A DNA stretch of 64,000 nucleotides, taken from Octopus vulgaris. Taxonomy: Eukaryota. A model generated the notes under the pieces. That model had not been told where the DNA came from and did no database searches. It saw nothing but the letters and a program-made list of their open reading frames with translations. The stretch is taken from positions 71,796,001 through 71,860,000 of the forward strand of contig OX597825.1 in assembly GCA_951406725.2 (NCBI GenBank). Direction: 5' to 3'. How positions within the stretch are numbered: the first letter of the stretch is position 1; each line of letters begins with the position of its first letter. The translations under genes were made by a program, and so were the position numbers. Of this stretch, positions 31,355-45,990 are shown piece by piece.

Positions 31355-31630
31355 TATTTATTATATATATATTATATTATATATTCATGATTCTTTTTAT
31401 ATATATAATTCTTTTCATACTAAAAAAAAATATATATTTTATATATTATATTAATTATATATATATTATTTGTTATTTATGTATTAGTTTATGTCTATCA
31501 CTGTTTGAGTATAATAGTGGTTTTATGTCTAATTCATATTTTATATATGATTATACTGTGGAATTTGATTTAATAAAAGTTGAATTTTTCCCCGTAAGTT
31601 TGGACCTATACTCCCTAATATTATTATTGT

Positions 31631-31675
<45 letters not shown>

Positions 31676-31681
31676 ATTACA

Positions 31682-31758
<77 letters not shown>

Positions 31759-32190
31759 GTATGTATATATATATATATATGAATTGATTTAATATCAGTT
31801 TTAGTAAATTTACTCTCTACCAAGATTTGAAATCAATATCATTGTTAATTTCATTTGAAATAGTATTTTCGTACATAATCTAATTTATAACAATCGATGT
31901 ATGAGAAAGGTGAGTATATAAGAATATACGCATGTGATGTGTGTCTATGGATTTTCTAGTTGAATACATATATATTAATGTATATACATATTATTGTATT
32001 GGATACATAAATATATATATATGCCGATATCAATGTATTCATCTGTCTCTCCACACACACACGTATATATAGATACATATATGTATATAAATATATATAT
32101 ACGTACATATATTTGCACATATATATATGTATGTGTGTGTATACAAATATATATATATATATCATACATATATATATATGTATATATATG

Positions 32191-32231
<41 letters not shown>

Positions 32232-32395
32232 AACATATATACATATATATGTATGTATATATATATACATATATATTTATGATATATATATTTATATAAA
32301 TATGTGCACATATATATATATATACATGTATATATATATATGTGCACATATTTATATAAATATATATGTATGTATATATATATATATATATATTT

Positions 32396-32452
<57 letters not shown>

Positions 32453-32470
32453 GATATATATATTTATATA

Positions 32471-32507
<37 letters not shown>

Positions 32508-33317
32508 CACACATATACATATATTTGTATGTGTATGTATATCTATGCATATACATAGACAAATATATACATACATATAATTTTATTCTTTTACTTGTTT
32601 CAATAATTTTACACCGTCCGAGGTCTTATTCTTTGTAAGACTAGTACTTATTCTATTGGTCTTTTTTGCCGAACCTCTAGTATACGGGGAAGTAAACACA
32701 CCAGCATCGGTTGTCAGGTGACGTTGGAGGGACAAATACATACATGCAAATATGTATACATATATATTACGGGCCATTCGGTGTTTTCTTTCCTCAGTCG
32801 AATTCCAGATTATCTTTGCAATTTCGGCTGGTTTTACTCGAGATTGCTCCAATCTGGCCTGCCCCAAGGAAAAGCTAAACTAAGAGCATTAGATTCCTTG
32901 TAAGAAAGCAGCTAATGTATACGAAAACAAGGACAGAAAAAAGACAGAGAAATGGTACACAAATACAAATATATATACATATATGTCTATATGTATATAT
33001 ATATATATATAGATATTAGAAGAAATGAGGTACTCAGAAAATCGGATGGTTTATATTTACAGATATTTATTTGTATATTACATTTTTTATACATCATATA
33101 ACTTAGATCATGTATTAGCGCTTTCTCCCATTCTAGTGGGGTTTTCAAATCAAACTAAGTTCCTGTGTGAAGAGTTTTGACCATTTTATAGTGGTATTGA
33201 GTTTGTATATATAGATACATACATACATACATATATATGTATGTAAGTATGTATGTATGTATGTATGTATGTATGTATGTATGTATGTATGTATGGATGG
33301 ATGGATGGATGGATGGA

Positions 33318-33356
<39 letters not shown>

Positions 33357-33459
33357 TATATGTATTTATGTATACATAAATCCATACGGATATGCATATA
33401 GTTAAAAATATATCTTTATCAGTTTATCTCTCTCTCACTCTGGGTGTGTGTGTGTGTGT

Positions 33460-33494
<35 letters not shown>

Positions 33495-33683
33495 CACAGG
33501 AAGAATAATGGTTACGTTATGAACTTCACTAGTTCACATCTGTTTCTCAATGAAGATGCACTGGACTCTTAGTTGAGTGCCTGAATAATATTCTATAGTT
33601 CAATTCATTTATTGTCCACTTGGTTCTACACCAGTCACGCAATGCCTAAATAAAATATTAAATGCATTTATCAATTTCTTCAG

Positions 33684-33875
<192 letters not shown>

Positions 33876-34034
33876 CAAAGCTTGAAATCTGGGAGCTCAG
33901 ATTAGTGGAGAATCCTAATCTCTGTACTCATCCAGAGTTTTGTAGTATTTGTATTTACATTTAAAGAAAGAGAAGCAACACTGAAGTCAACGCAATGGCG
34001 TTCTAACGACAATAATAATAATAATAATAATAAT

Positions 34035-34073
<39 letters not shown>

Positions 34074-34088
34074 AAAAATAATAGTAAC

Positions 34089-34125
<37 letters not shown>

Positions 34126-34280
34126 TAGTCTTGTACGTAGATTTCTACAAATATCCATTAGTACACACACAGGCACACATAAATATATATATGTATGTAT
34201 GCATGTACGTACATATGTATGTATGTCTGTATGTATGTATGTATGTATGTATGCATGTATGTGTGTATATGTATGCATAT

Positions 34281-34325
<45 letters not shown>

Positions 34326-35071
34326 CATGTGTGCGTATGTATATATACATACATGTGTGATTGCTTGTCTGTATGTGTGTATATGTGGGCCCGTGTGTGT
34401 AAGTGAGTGTATAATTATATCGGATGAAAAATAAATCTTCATCGTCCTTTGCGATACTTGATGTAGAAAGAGAGGCCCCGAGGGAGATTGGGTGTTATAT
34501 TTGCTTGATATCTCGTAATTGTTTAGACTGCGTGTATATATATTGAATTGCGTGTGTGCACGTCTCTATATGTACAGACACACACACACACACGTATACA
34601 CACTCATATATGTAATTTATGCTTACACACACACACACGCATATATATATATACTTCAAATACACACACACACATATATACTTCAAATACATACACACAC
34701 ACACTCACACATATATACTTCAAATACACGCGCACACACACAAGCACGCACGCACATACACACACAGACATACACATATACATCTTTTAGTTGTTTCATT
34801 CATTTGACTGCGGCCATGCTGGAACACCACCTTCAAGAATTTTTAGTCGAATAAATCGATCCCAGTCCTGCTTTTTTTTTATATATATATTTTAAGCCTG
34901 GAACTCTTTTGCCGAATAGCTGTTCCGTGGACGCAAACACACCAACACAGGTTGTCAAGAAGTGTGCAGACACAAAGACATAAAGACACAGACACAAAGA
35001 CACACACATAGATATGTACATACACACATACATATATATATTTATATATATATACACATATATATATATAT

Positions 35072-35110
<39 letters not shown>

Positions 35111-35147
35111 GCAATTCCTTAGTATTTCCACTATATATATTCGGTAA

Positions 35148-35228
<81 letters not shown>

Positions 35229-35297
35229 GCACATATATATATATATACACACACAAATATATGTTTGTGTGTGTGTGTGTGTGTGTTTGTGTCATCG

Positions 35298-35689
35298 TTA
35301 TGTACACAGAAAAGCATATTTATACATGTATTCATAGACGCCTGCCACATTCAAAGTCATACACAAACACACACACACACACACACACACACATGAACAC
35401 GCATAAACACACGCATGCACACATTTGAAGGTGAAAATAGTGAGATTGTGTAAGACGGAATTGATAATTAGTAAGTCCTCTCCTCAGCCTTCCTATCTAT
35501 GGAATTTTGCGGTTTTGACGCATATTTGTTTTCGATAATAATTCGTTTCCTTTACAACTTTTCATTCTATTACCGCATGTTATCTACATCAAAAGGTGGC
35601 GAACATGGGTACACATATATGTGTGTATATATACATATATACATATATATGTGTGTGTATATATATATATATATATATACATATATACA

Positions 35690-35741
<52 letters not shown>

Positions 35742-36191
35742 AATATATATATATACATATATATATATACATATATATATATACTTATATTTATGTACAT
35801 ATTGACTCAAATATATATATTTTTTAACCTTTTAAAACAAGCCTTCTGTAGTTTTTTCACTTTTTACTATTTTCTATATATATATATATATATATGCTAG
35901 TAGCATATATATACACACACATTCACATATACACATATATATTCTGTTGTGTCTGGGGAGAGTCATTCTCTTTTAGTGCCTTATAATTTAACACACTCAC
36001 CGGTAAAGTTTCCTCTCATTTTCTTATTTTTCTAAAATTTTCATTGCCTCTTGCAACATTTTTAATAGCTGTTGACTCTATAAGGCACTAGAAGAGAATG
36101 ACTCTCCCGCCAGAGACAACAGAATATGCTTCAACACACGAACTCATGTAAAGAATCTTGCAAACCAAATCCCAACTCTAAATAAATAAAT

Positions 36192-36223
<32 letters not shown>

Positions 36224-36380
36224 GTATATATGTATATATATATACACACATACACATACATATATACATATATATACATACATACACACATATATATATA
36301 CACATATATATATACATACATGCATACATACATACATTTATATATATATATTTATATATACATACATACATACATACATG

Positions 36381-36436
<56 letters not shown>

Positions 36437-36500
36437 TTCGCTTCGGCATAGCGATACTAATAATCAAGTATTAGAACTAGTCGGCTAACGCTTTTCTCAT

Positions 36501-36545
<45 letters not shown>

Positions 36546-36843
36546 TGTGTTAAATTATAAGGCACTAAATATAAATAAATATCTGAGAGTGACTCTCCCC
36601 AGGCACAACAGAATATGTATATATGTATGCGTGTGAGTGTGTGTGTATATGCTACTATCACACACACACACACACACATATATATACAAGTAGAAATGTT
36701 AGCACGGAGAAATTTTTGCACGCCGGGCGAAATGCTTAGCGGTATTTCGTCTGTCTTTACGTTCTGAGTGCAAAATATATATATATATACATACATGTGT
36801 GTGTGTGTGTTTGCATATGCATTTATGTATATATACGTATATT

Positions 36844-36933
<90 letters not shown>

Positions 36934-37330
36934 GATGCATGTATCGTTAAAAATTGTTGTATATACACATGCATGTATAGAAATGCATCTTTATGTACAC
37001 AGAAAAGCATATTTTATACAGACTCATAGACGCTCAACACATTCAAAGTCATACACAAACACACACACACACACACACACACATGAACACGCATAAACAC
37101 ACGCATGCACACATTTGAAGGTGAAAATAGTGAGATTGTGCAGGTGGGGGCGGACGGAACTGATAATTATAAGTCCTCTCCTCAGCCTTCCTATCTATGG
37201 ATTTTTGCGGTTTTGACGCATATTTGTTTTCGATAATAATTCGTTTCTTAACAACTTTCATTCTATTACTGTATGTTATTTACATTGTACTGGCGAAACG
37301 CGGGAACACTTATATGTGTATATACATATA
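35298..37330 (+). repeat. Local direct duplication (35298-35620 vs 36991-37330)
   Basis: Shared ttatgtacacagaaaagcat...cacatttgaaggtgaaaatagtgagattgtg...gcggttttgacgcatatttgttttcgataataattcg. Confidence 0.85.
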
Positions 37331-37437
37331 TACATATATATGTGTGTGTATATATATATATATATATACATACATATATACATATATATGCGTGTATATA
37401 TATATATATAGATATGTATGTATATATATATATATAA

Positions 37438-37468
<31 letters not shown>

Positions 37469-37608
37469 CATACATATATATATACATATATATATATATA
37501 CATACATACATATATATATACATACATATATATATACTTATATGTATATATATGTATATATATATACACACACATATATATGTATATATGTATATATGTA
37601 TACATGTA

Positions 37609-37642
<34 letters not shown>

Positions 37643-37975
37643 CACTCACATACACACATATACACAGACATGTATATATTGCATCTTGTGTGATGAGATG
37701 TTCAACTACTACAGTTAAATTTTGTACTGCCTATAAGGCCACGTCGTTTATCGTCATCGAGGTTACCTCCAGTACAGTGGTAAAACAAGTACTATACTTT
37801 GAATTACTACTAGCTATGGTGCACAGAGCAAATATTGCAGAAATTGCGATAAACATAAGTTTGTATCATTTCTCCCTACATACGTTTCACCATTGTGGTT
37901 ATTTGGATTTCTTCACTGGGTGTTTCCAGTGCAAATTAAATGCTCATTCACTTATCCACCATAGATCATCAAAGT

Positions 37976-38007
<32 letters not shown>

Positions 38008-38141
38008 TGTATGTATGTATGTATGTATGTATGTATGTATGTATGTATGTATGTACGTATGTATGTATGTATTTATGTATATATGCGTTTGTATATATGT
38101 GTTTGAGTGTGTGTGTGTGTGTGCGTGTGTATACATATATG

Positions 38142-38314
38142 TAGGTGCAAGAGTGGCTGTGTAGTAAAAAGCTTGCTTCCCAACCCCACGGTTCCGGATT
38201 CAGTGCTACTGCGTGGTACCATTGGCAAGTGTCTTCTAATATAGCCACAGGCCGACCGAAATCATATGAGTAGATTTAGTAGATGGAAACTGCAAGAAGC
38301 CCGTCGTATATATG

Positions 38315-38361
<47 letters not shown>

Positions 38362-38770
38362 ATAAATGTTAATGTGTGTGTCAGTCTCCCCATCACCACT
38401 TGACAACCGCTATGGGTGTGGTTGCGTCCCCGTAAGCTAGCGGTTCGGCAAAGGTTACCGAGAAAAAACTACCAGGCTTATATATATATATATATAAGAG
38501 TATATGCACACACACACACACATGCACAGATACAGAGAAGGACATAGGAATATATTTATGTCTTTTATCTTCTGGTTGTTTTACTCATTAGACCGAGGCC
38601 ATGCCGGGGCACCGCATTGAAGGGTTTTAGTCGAACTAATCGATTCCAGTATTCATATTTTAAGCACTCGTATTTTTTCTGTCGGTCTCTTTTACCTAAT
38701 CCCTAAATTACAGAGACGTAAAGCTATCAATACTGGTTGTGAACCGGTGGTGGACGGCAAACAGGCATAA
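38142..38770. mobile_element. Two diverged SINE family A pieces in opposite orientation
   Basis: 38142-38480 on + and about 38560-38770 on -. Confidence 0.7.
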
Positions 38771-38803
38771 AAACTCAGTTATATATATATGTATATGTAA
38801 ATA

Positions 38804-38860
<57 letters not shown>

Positions 38861-38903
38861 TTATATATATGCTTATATATATATATACATATGTATATGT
38901 ATA

Positions 38904-38968
<65 letters not shown>

Positions 38969-38974
38969 GTATAT

Positions 38975-39019
<45 letters not shown>

Positions 39020-39328
39020 TATAGAAAAACCACTAATATGTAATTCAAACAATGATAGACATAAACCAAATCATTAAAAAAAAAAAATTTATAAAACATA
39101 TAACTAGATCGCAAAAAGTACAAAAAAATCAATAAACAATATATAACATATAATATTATAAAATATGTTTTATAATATATTTCTTTATGATTTGGTTTAC
39201 GTCTGTCATTGTTTGAATTACATAATAGTGTTTTTTCTCTAATTTATATATATTATAAATTTATATTGTGAAATTTGATTTAATACTAAATTGAATTTTT
39301 CCCTGTAATTTGGAGTTATACTCCCTAA

Positions 39329-39408
<80 letters not shown>

Positions 39409-39415
39409 TACCATC

Positions 39416-39478
<63 letters not shown>

Positions 39479-39506
39479 ATATGTACATATATTTATATAT
39501 ATAATA

Positions 39507-39657
39507 CAGAGTAGGCATTATGAAGGGGCACATTTTAAATGCTAGTATCCTGGATTATAAAAATGAGGTACAGTTGCTAATAAATTTATTATTACTAAAT
39601 ATGGTTATTACCAAATTTATTTATTAAATAATTGTCGCAACACTATGACCCACCCTG
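39507..39657. mobile_element. Possible degraded Tc1/mariner MITE
   Basis: TA-CAGAGTAGGCAT... and ...ATGACCCACCCTG-T form imperfect inverted ends. Confidence 0.3.
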
Positions 39658-39679
39658 TTGGTATATACATACATATGCA

Positions 39680-39713
<34 letters not shown>

Positions 39714-40191
39714 CATACATGCATACATACATACATGTATAAACGTACGTAGATATATATATGTATGTATATATATATACGACGGTCTTTAGGCTTCTGT
39801 TTACCAAATCCATTCACAAGCTTCGGCCCGAAGCTATAGTAGATGACACTTGTTCAAGATGCTACAAAGTGGGATTGAACCCGGAACCATATGGTTGGGA
39901 AGGATATCTCACTACTACACGCCCACAGAAACACACACACACACACACATACACACACATACACACATACACACATACACACACACACATATATATATAT
40001 AAAACATCTGTTATAAATGAATTCGTGTCATCTATATTTTATTGTACTTATCTCTCTTTCTCTGTGTGTGTGTGTATATATATATATATACAGGGAGAAT
40101 TTACAAAAAAAAAAAACCAAAACAAAAGACGAAGACAGGTGGTGTACAAGACAAACAGATGTATTAGTATAACGCTCAGGAATAGAAAAAA

Positions 40192-40232
40192 GTCTTTTAC
40201 GTTTCGAGCCTACGCTCTTCTACAGAAGGGAC
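40192..40232 (-). ncRNA. Minimal hammerhead-like motif with variant core (CUGUAGA)
   Basis: Reverse complement reads GTCCCTT-CTGTAGA-A-GAGC-GTAG-GCTC-GAAA-CG-TA^AAAGAC. Confidence 0.4.
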
Positions 40233-40235
40233 ACA

Positions 40236-40285
<50 letters not shown>

Positions 40286-40654
40286 CAATGCATAAGTGAA
40301 CCAATTGCCTGAGTGGGAGTCTTCAGAATTAGACAGAAGTCATTGGCCGCACAGAAATAACAAATAGCGTCAGGAAGATTCCGGATTCTTTATTAGAACG
40401 GGCTAATGTAGAGCATGCAACGGGGAAAATAGAACCATAATAGGTCCAAAAGCCCAAACCCGTTCTATGTGTGGTGATATTAGATGAGTTGGTCTGTTCA
40501 GATCTAGCATCGCTACTTACGTTCTAAAACATGCTGAAGGCCTCAAGTTGAATACAACAAACTTGTAGCGTCTAATCTATTATGAAATCTATGACATGCC
40601 GATCTCACTTACAAGACATATGAAAGCATACAATCAAGGTACTATACAGGAGCG

Positions 40655-40815
40655 CCTGATTCAACTCAGGAAGACGTATGCTGCATCTGCCGCAAGAAAT
40701 ACAAGTCATTCCCTTGCTTTAATAGCAATTGTTGGGTCCATGATCATTGCAAAACCTCACAGAAACATGATAGCTTGTCAGTGATGGTGAAATTCATCTT
40801 ACCAGTGCAAAGCCA
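40655..40815 (+). pseudogene. Decayed PHD-finger-like fragment, probably transposon-derived
   Basis: EDVCCICRKK...PCFNSNCWVHDHC followed by frameshifted YQCK. No convincing splice context. Confidence 0.35.
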
Positions 40816-40863
40816 TCATACATGTATATGCATTATTGTATTATATACATGAGCATATGTACA

Positions 40864-40920
<57 letters not shown>

Positions 40921-40923
40921 ATG

Positions 40924-40970
<47 letters not shown>

Positions 40971-41161
40971 GTATATATGTATGTATGTATAAATAGATAG
41001 ATATAGATACATACATACCAAAGTGTATACTAATCTAATAGAAATGCTGGTATTTATATGTGTTTACATGCATATATATCATATATTATATATTTATAAA
41101 TATATATATAAATATATGCATGTTTGTATGTATGTGCATATATATATATCATATATCATAT

Positions 41162-41213
<52 letters not shown>

Positions 41214-42061
41214 TGTGTGTATGTATGTACATATATATATATATATGTACATATACAAATGCACGCAAATGCTCACATATATAAGTACCTATGTATGAAT
41301 GTATATATATTGGATTTGTAAAATTTAGCCGAAAATATAACATTTTATTCGTGCATTCTTTCATTACTCTCCGATACTGGTTTTCTCATTATCATGTACT
41401 TTTATCCTTCTTTTCATTGCCTAATTCTTACATGCTTTTTGTAGTTGTATATCTCGCCAAGTATCGTCTCTTTACCAAAGATTATTTGAAATCCAACACT
41501 GAAATAGTTGCTATTTATGTTCCTTGTTCGTTTGCTCTGTCCCGAATTAGCCTTCACTGATTTGTCAGTTTTAATGCCAGGATTCACAGCAATCCAGGCA
41601 TACGTTCATTTATCATCACACACAAAAGCACAAACACACACACAAATACACACATATATACACACATATATACATTAATACATACATATGTATGTACCAA
41701 TGTTGTCCCTAATTCTACGTTCTTTCCTAATTTGAACCCTCTACTATAAAAACTGGTGAGAGATTTCAAGGTAACCACGCAAACTTAACAGTAAAAAACA
41801 ACAACGCTGTTGTCGTTGCTAATATTGTGTGTGTTTATTCACATGGTTTATGTAACTCATAATCACCATACAATCGATGAACCCCGATGTCACGTGACAC
41901 TTTCAGATGGATGTCTTTCCATCGCATTACGGTAGATGCTGTTGCTAAAATATCCTTATGGCCTCGTCTCTCGACCTGGAACTAGTACGGTAATAAAAAA
42001 AAAATATATATGTATATATATGTATATATATATATTATATATGTATATATGTATATATGTA

Positions 42062-42121
<60 letters not shown>

Positions 42122-42215
42122 TACATATATATATATATACATATATATATATGTATGTATATACATATATATATATATATATATATGTATACATATGTGT
42201 GTGTATATATATATG

Positions 42216-42251
<36 letters not shown>

Positions 42252-42710
42252 AATGTATATAAATATATATATATACGCACATATAAATACTTATGTATGC
42301 GTGTATATATATGCACAATTATGCATGTATATATGTAAAGGTTTATAAATCTATTCTATATATATATGTAAAATATCGATCTATCTCTTTCTCTCTCCCT
42401 CCCTCCCCCATCTCTCTCCGTATACATATACACATATATTACTGTGTCTGGGGAGAGTCATTCTGTTTTAATACTTTATTAATTAATACACACGCTGGTT
42501 CGATTTCCACTCATTTACTTATTTTTTCTAAAATTTTTCCTTGCTTCTTAGAACATCTTCAATAGTCATTGACTCTGTCCATTATCGGAGATGTCGTCTT
42601 TTTGTATGTTTGTTTGTGCGCATGTGTGCATCAGTGTGCATGTGTATGTATGTTTGTATGTATGTATACGCGTATTTGTGTATGCATATATACATGTATG
42701 TGTGCGTATG

Positions 42711-43097
42711 TGGAGGCGCAATGGCCCAGTGGTTAGGGCAGCGGACTCGCGGTCATAGGATCGCGGTTTCGATTCCCAGACCGGGCGTTGTGAGTGTTTA
42801 TTGAGCGAAAACACCTAAAGCTCCACGAGGCTCCAGCAGGGGGTGGTGGTGATCCCTGCTGTACTCTTTCACCACAACTTTCTCTCACTCTTACTTCCTG
42901 TTTCTGTTGTACCTGTATTTCAAAGGGCCGGCCTTGTCACTCTCCGTGTCACGCTGAATATCCCCGAGAACTACGTTAAGGGTACACGTGTCTGTGGAGT
43001 GCTCAGCCACTTATACGTTAATTTCATGAGCAGGCTGTTCCGTTGATTCGGATCAACTGGAATCCTCATCGTCGTAACCGACGGAGTGCTTCCATCC
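42711..43097 (+). mobile_element. tRNA-derived SINE (body B, tail Z) with TSD
   Basis: Near-identical to 48944-49329. TSD atgt(g/a)tgcgtatg. Confidence 0.9.
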
Positions 43098-43337
43098 ATG
43101 TATGCGTATGTACGTTTGTATGTATGTATTATATATTCTACATATTCATGTGTTTGTGTGTTCATGTTTGTGTGCTTATGTGACATATTATATATATATT
43201 ATGTAGTTGTGTTTCTTTTGCTACATTCATAATAAGCTGAAACATGTATCTTGTCAATAAAAACGCAAACACGTCAGCGCTGCAGTTAATCATTTTAACC
43301 GGCGTGTCAACTATTCCGCCCTCTTCCTGCCTTAAAG

Positions 43338-43414
43338 GCCTGGTAATAATGCCGCAAAAAAATTTGATCAAGATGATTCTAACGACAGCGGCTTCAAAAT
43401 CTGGCTCAAAGCAG
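43338..43414 (+). CDS. Candidate 77-nt internal coding exon (PGNNAAKKFDQDDSNDSGFKIWLKA)
   Basis: Pyrimidine tract ccgccctcttcctgccttaaAG, donor GCAG|GTAATT. In-frame TAA just upstream fixes the acceptor. Phase 2 in, phase 1 out, compatible with flanking candidate exons. Confidence 0.5.
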
Positions 43415-43704
43415 GTAATTTTAGGGTGCTGGGATCACTTTATCGATCTAAAAGAAAATTATGATTTAAGTTTGCATATTTTCCTAATAGTTAAAGATAT
43501 AATGGGAAGAAAAGTTACATATTATATATATGTAAGGATTAATTAAATTCGTTCGGTAGATACAGGCATGAATAGATATCCACCTAAAAATCAAAACACT
43601 TGTTTCCACATCTGTATATTTACCGACATATCAGTCGATAGTTATTTATTTTTATCTGCAAATATATGTATGTATATATATGTATATGTATGTGTATATA
43701 TATG

Positions 43705-43907
43705 TTGAATCGCTAGCCTCTGCACGCATTTTTTTTTCTCTCCTTGTTTCTTTCTGTGTTTCTTTTCTGTGTATTTTTCTGTTGAAGAGCGTAGGCTCGA
43801 AACGTAAAAGACTTGTTTTATTTATATTCCTGAGCGCCATACTAATACAATTGTTTGTTTGTATTCCACCTGCCTTCGTCTTTTGTTTATTTTCATAAAG
43901 CTTCCCG

Positions 43908-43908
<1 letters not shown>
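43705..43908 (+). mobile_element. Short (TA)n-embedded repeat family E (second copy 40091-40238, minus)
   Basis: Two diverged copies share gaagagcgtaggctcgaaacgtaaaagac...ttcctgagcg..atactaatac...ccacctg.cttcgtcttttgttt. Confidence 0.7.
43774..43812 (+). ncRNA. Minimal hammerhead-like motif with variant core (CUGUUGA)
   Basis: TTTTT-CTGTTGA-A-GAGC-GTAG-GCTC-GAAA-CG-TA^AAAGAC. Palindromic ACGT stem III. Second copy at 40192-40232. Confidence 0.45.
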
Positions 43909-43945
<37 letters not shown>

Positions 43946-43990
43946 CAAAAGTATAAATACGAGACGGTCCCAATTTTTGGTATTCCTTTG

Positions 43991-44022
<32 letters not shown>

Positions 44023-44030
44023 CATACATC

Positions 44031-44075
<45 letters not shown>

Positions 44076-44079
<4 letters not shown>

Positions 44080-44488
44080 TTTTACACGTTTCAGACATTT
44101 GATCGCGGCTATGCTGGAGTACCGCTTTAAAGGTTTTCAGTCGAAAAAATCGCACCCCGCCAGTACTTATTGTTTGTAAGCCTACAACTTACTCTATCTG
44201 TTACTTTGTCGAACCGCTAGAATACTGGGACATAAACACACCAACATCGGTTGTCAAGCGTTGGTGGTGGGCCAACCACAGACACAGACACAAATACACA
44301 CATATGTATACACACACACACACACACACATGACGGACTTCTTTCAGTTTCCGTCTACCGTTTCCACTCAGAAGGCTTTGGTCCGCCCGAGGTTATATAA
44401 GAAGACACTTTCCCAAGGTGCCACGCAGTAGGACTGAACCCGGAACCATGTGGTTGGGAAGCAAGCTTCTTGCCAAATAACCACGCCT
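44076..44488 (-). mobile_element. SINE family A
   Basis: Full-length reverse copy. Confidence 0.85.
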
Positions 44489-44948
44489 ATATATATGTCT
44501 ATAAGGCGACGAGCTGGCATGCCGAATAAAATACTCAGCTGCATTTTGTCCGTGTTTGCGTTCTGAGTTCAAATTTGCCCCGAAGACGACTTTACTTTTC
44601 CTCATTTCGGGGTTGATAAAATATGTACCAGTCAAACACCTGGAGTGGTTGTAATTGACTTAAACTCCTCCCCTGAAATTACTGGCATTGTGTCAAAATT
44701 TGAAACCGATATTACTAACAGATCTGTAAAAGTGGCTCAGATAATTAACGCGCTGAGGATTAATTAATTTCGTTCATTAATGACCGAGTTCAAATGCTAC
44801 CTGTCGGCTTCAACATCTCATTTCATTCTGCCAATGGTCTGCAGGAAATATTTACTGTATTGAGTTCTACTGCTGCTCCAACACATCATCTATGCATAGA
44901 GTATAATATAATATGAAAGATACACAGACACACAGACACACACACACA

Positions 44949-44989
<41 letters not shown>

Positions 44990-45169
44990 GTGCGACGCGT
45001 GTGTGATTGCGCGTGTATGTATGATTGCTTGAATGTATATACACATATGCATATAACCACACTACACATATACACACACATATAAATAAATATATGTATA
45101 TATGTATGCGTGCTTACATACGTATATATATATATATATATTTATACAATCATACATACATACATACAA

Positions 45170-45221
<52 letters not shown>

Positions 45222-45302
45222 ATATTTGTCATGCAGTAAATAATACATATATAGACACAACACACACATATTATGGGCATGTGCAATAAACACACTTAAA
45301 CA

Positions 45303-45339
<37 letters not shown>

Positions 45340-45399
45340 TTAAATGTGTCTGTATATTTATCTGTCAATATATCTGTCTATCTATATATGTGTGTTTAT

Positions 45400-45990
45400 G
45401 TATGTCTTTGCCTCCCACCACTCGACAACCGGCACTGGTTTGTTTACGTCCCCACAACACTTGCTGTTCGGCAAAAGAACCGACAAAATAAATTCAAGAC
45501 TTAAGAATAAGTTGTAGAATTGATTTGTTTGACTAAATTCCTTAATGCGATGCCCCAGCATGATCGCAGAATGAAGCAAGTAAAAGATATATCGGTATGT
45601 ATGTATGCATGTATGTATGTATGTGTGTATGTATGTATGTATGTATGTATGTACTCTTTACTCTTTTACTCTATGTTACTTGTTTCAGTCATTTGACTGC
45701 GGCCATGCTGGAGCACCACCTTTAGTCAAGCAAATCGACCCCAGGACTTATTCTTTGTAAGCCTAGTACTTATTCTATCGGTCCCTTGTGCCGCACCGCT
45801 AAGTTACGGAGTCGTAAACACACCAGCATCGGTTCTGAAACGATGTTGGGAGGTGGACAAAGACAGACACACAAATACACACACATATATATACATATAC
45901 ATATATACGACGGGATTTTTTCAGTTACCGTCTACCAAATCCACTCACAAGGCTTTTATTTGTTTCAGTCATTTGACTGCAGCCATGCCA
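45400..45990. mobile_element. Cluster of SINE family A fragments
   Basis: 45400-45590(+), 45654-45955(-), 45955-45990(-). Confidence 0.75.

Noticed and set aside
31864-31915. Strong donor AAG|GTGAGT with a possible 46-nt exon
   Set aside because: Weak acceptor, AT-rich non-protein-like frame, and phase incompatible with the neighbouring candidate exons.
41888-41899. Palindromic TGTCACGTGACA E-box/CLEAR-like site
   Set aside because: Isolated single motif without supporting context.
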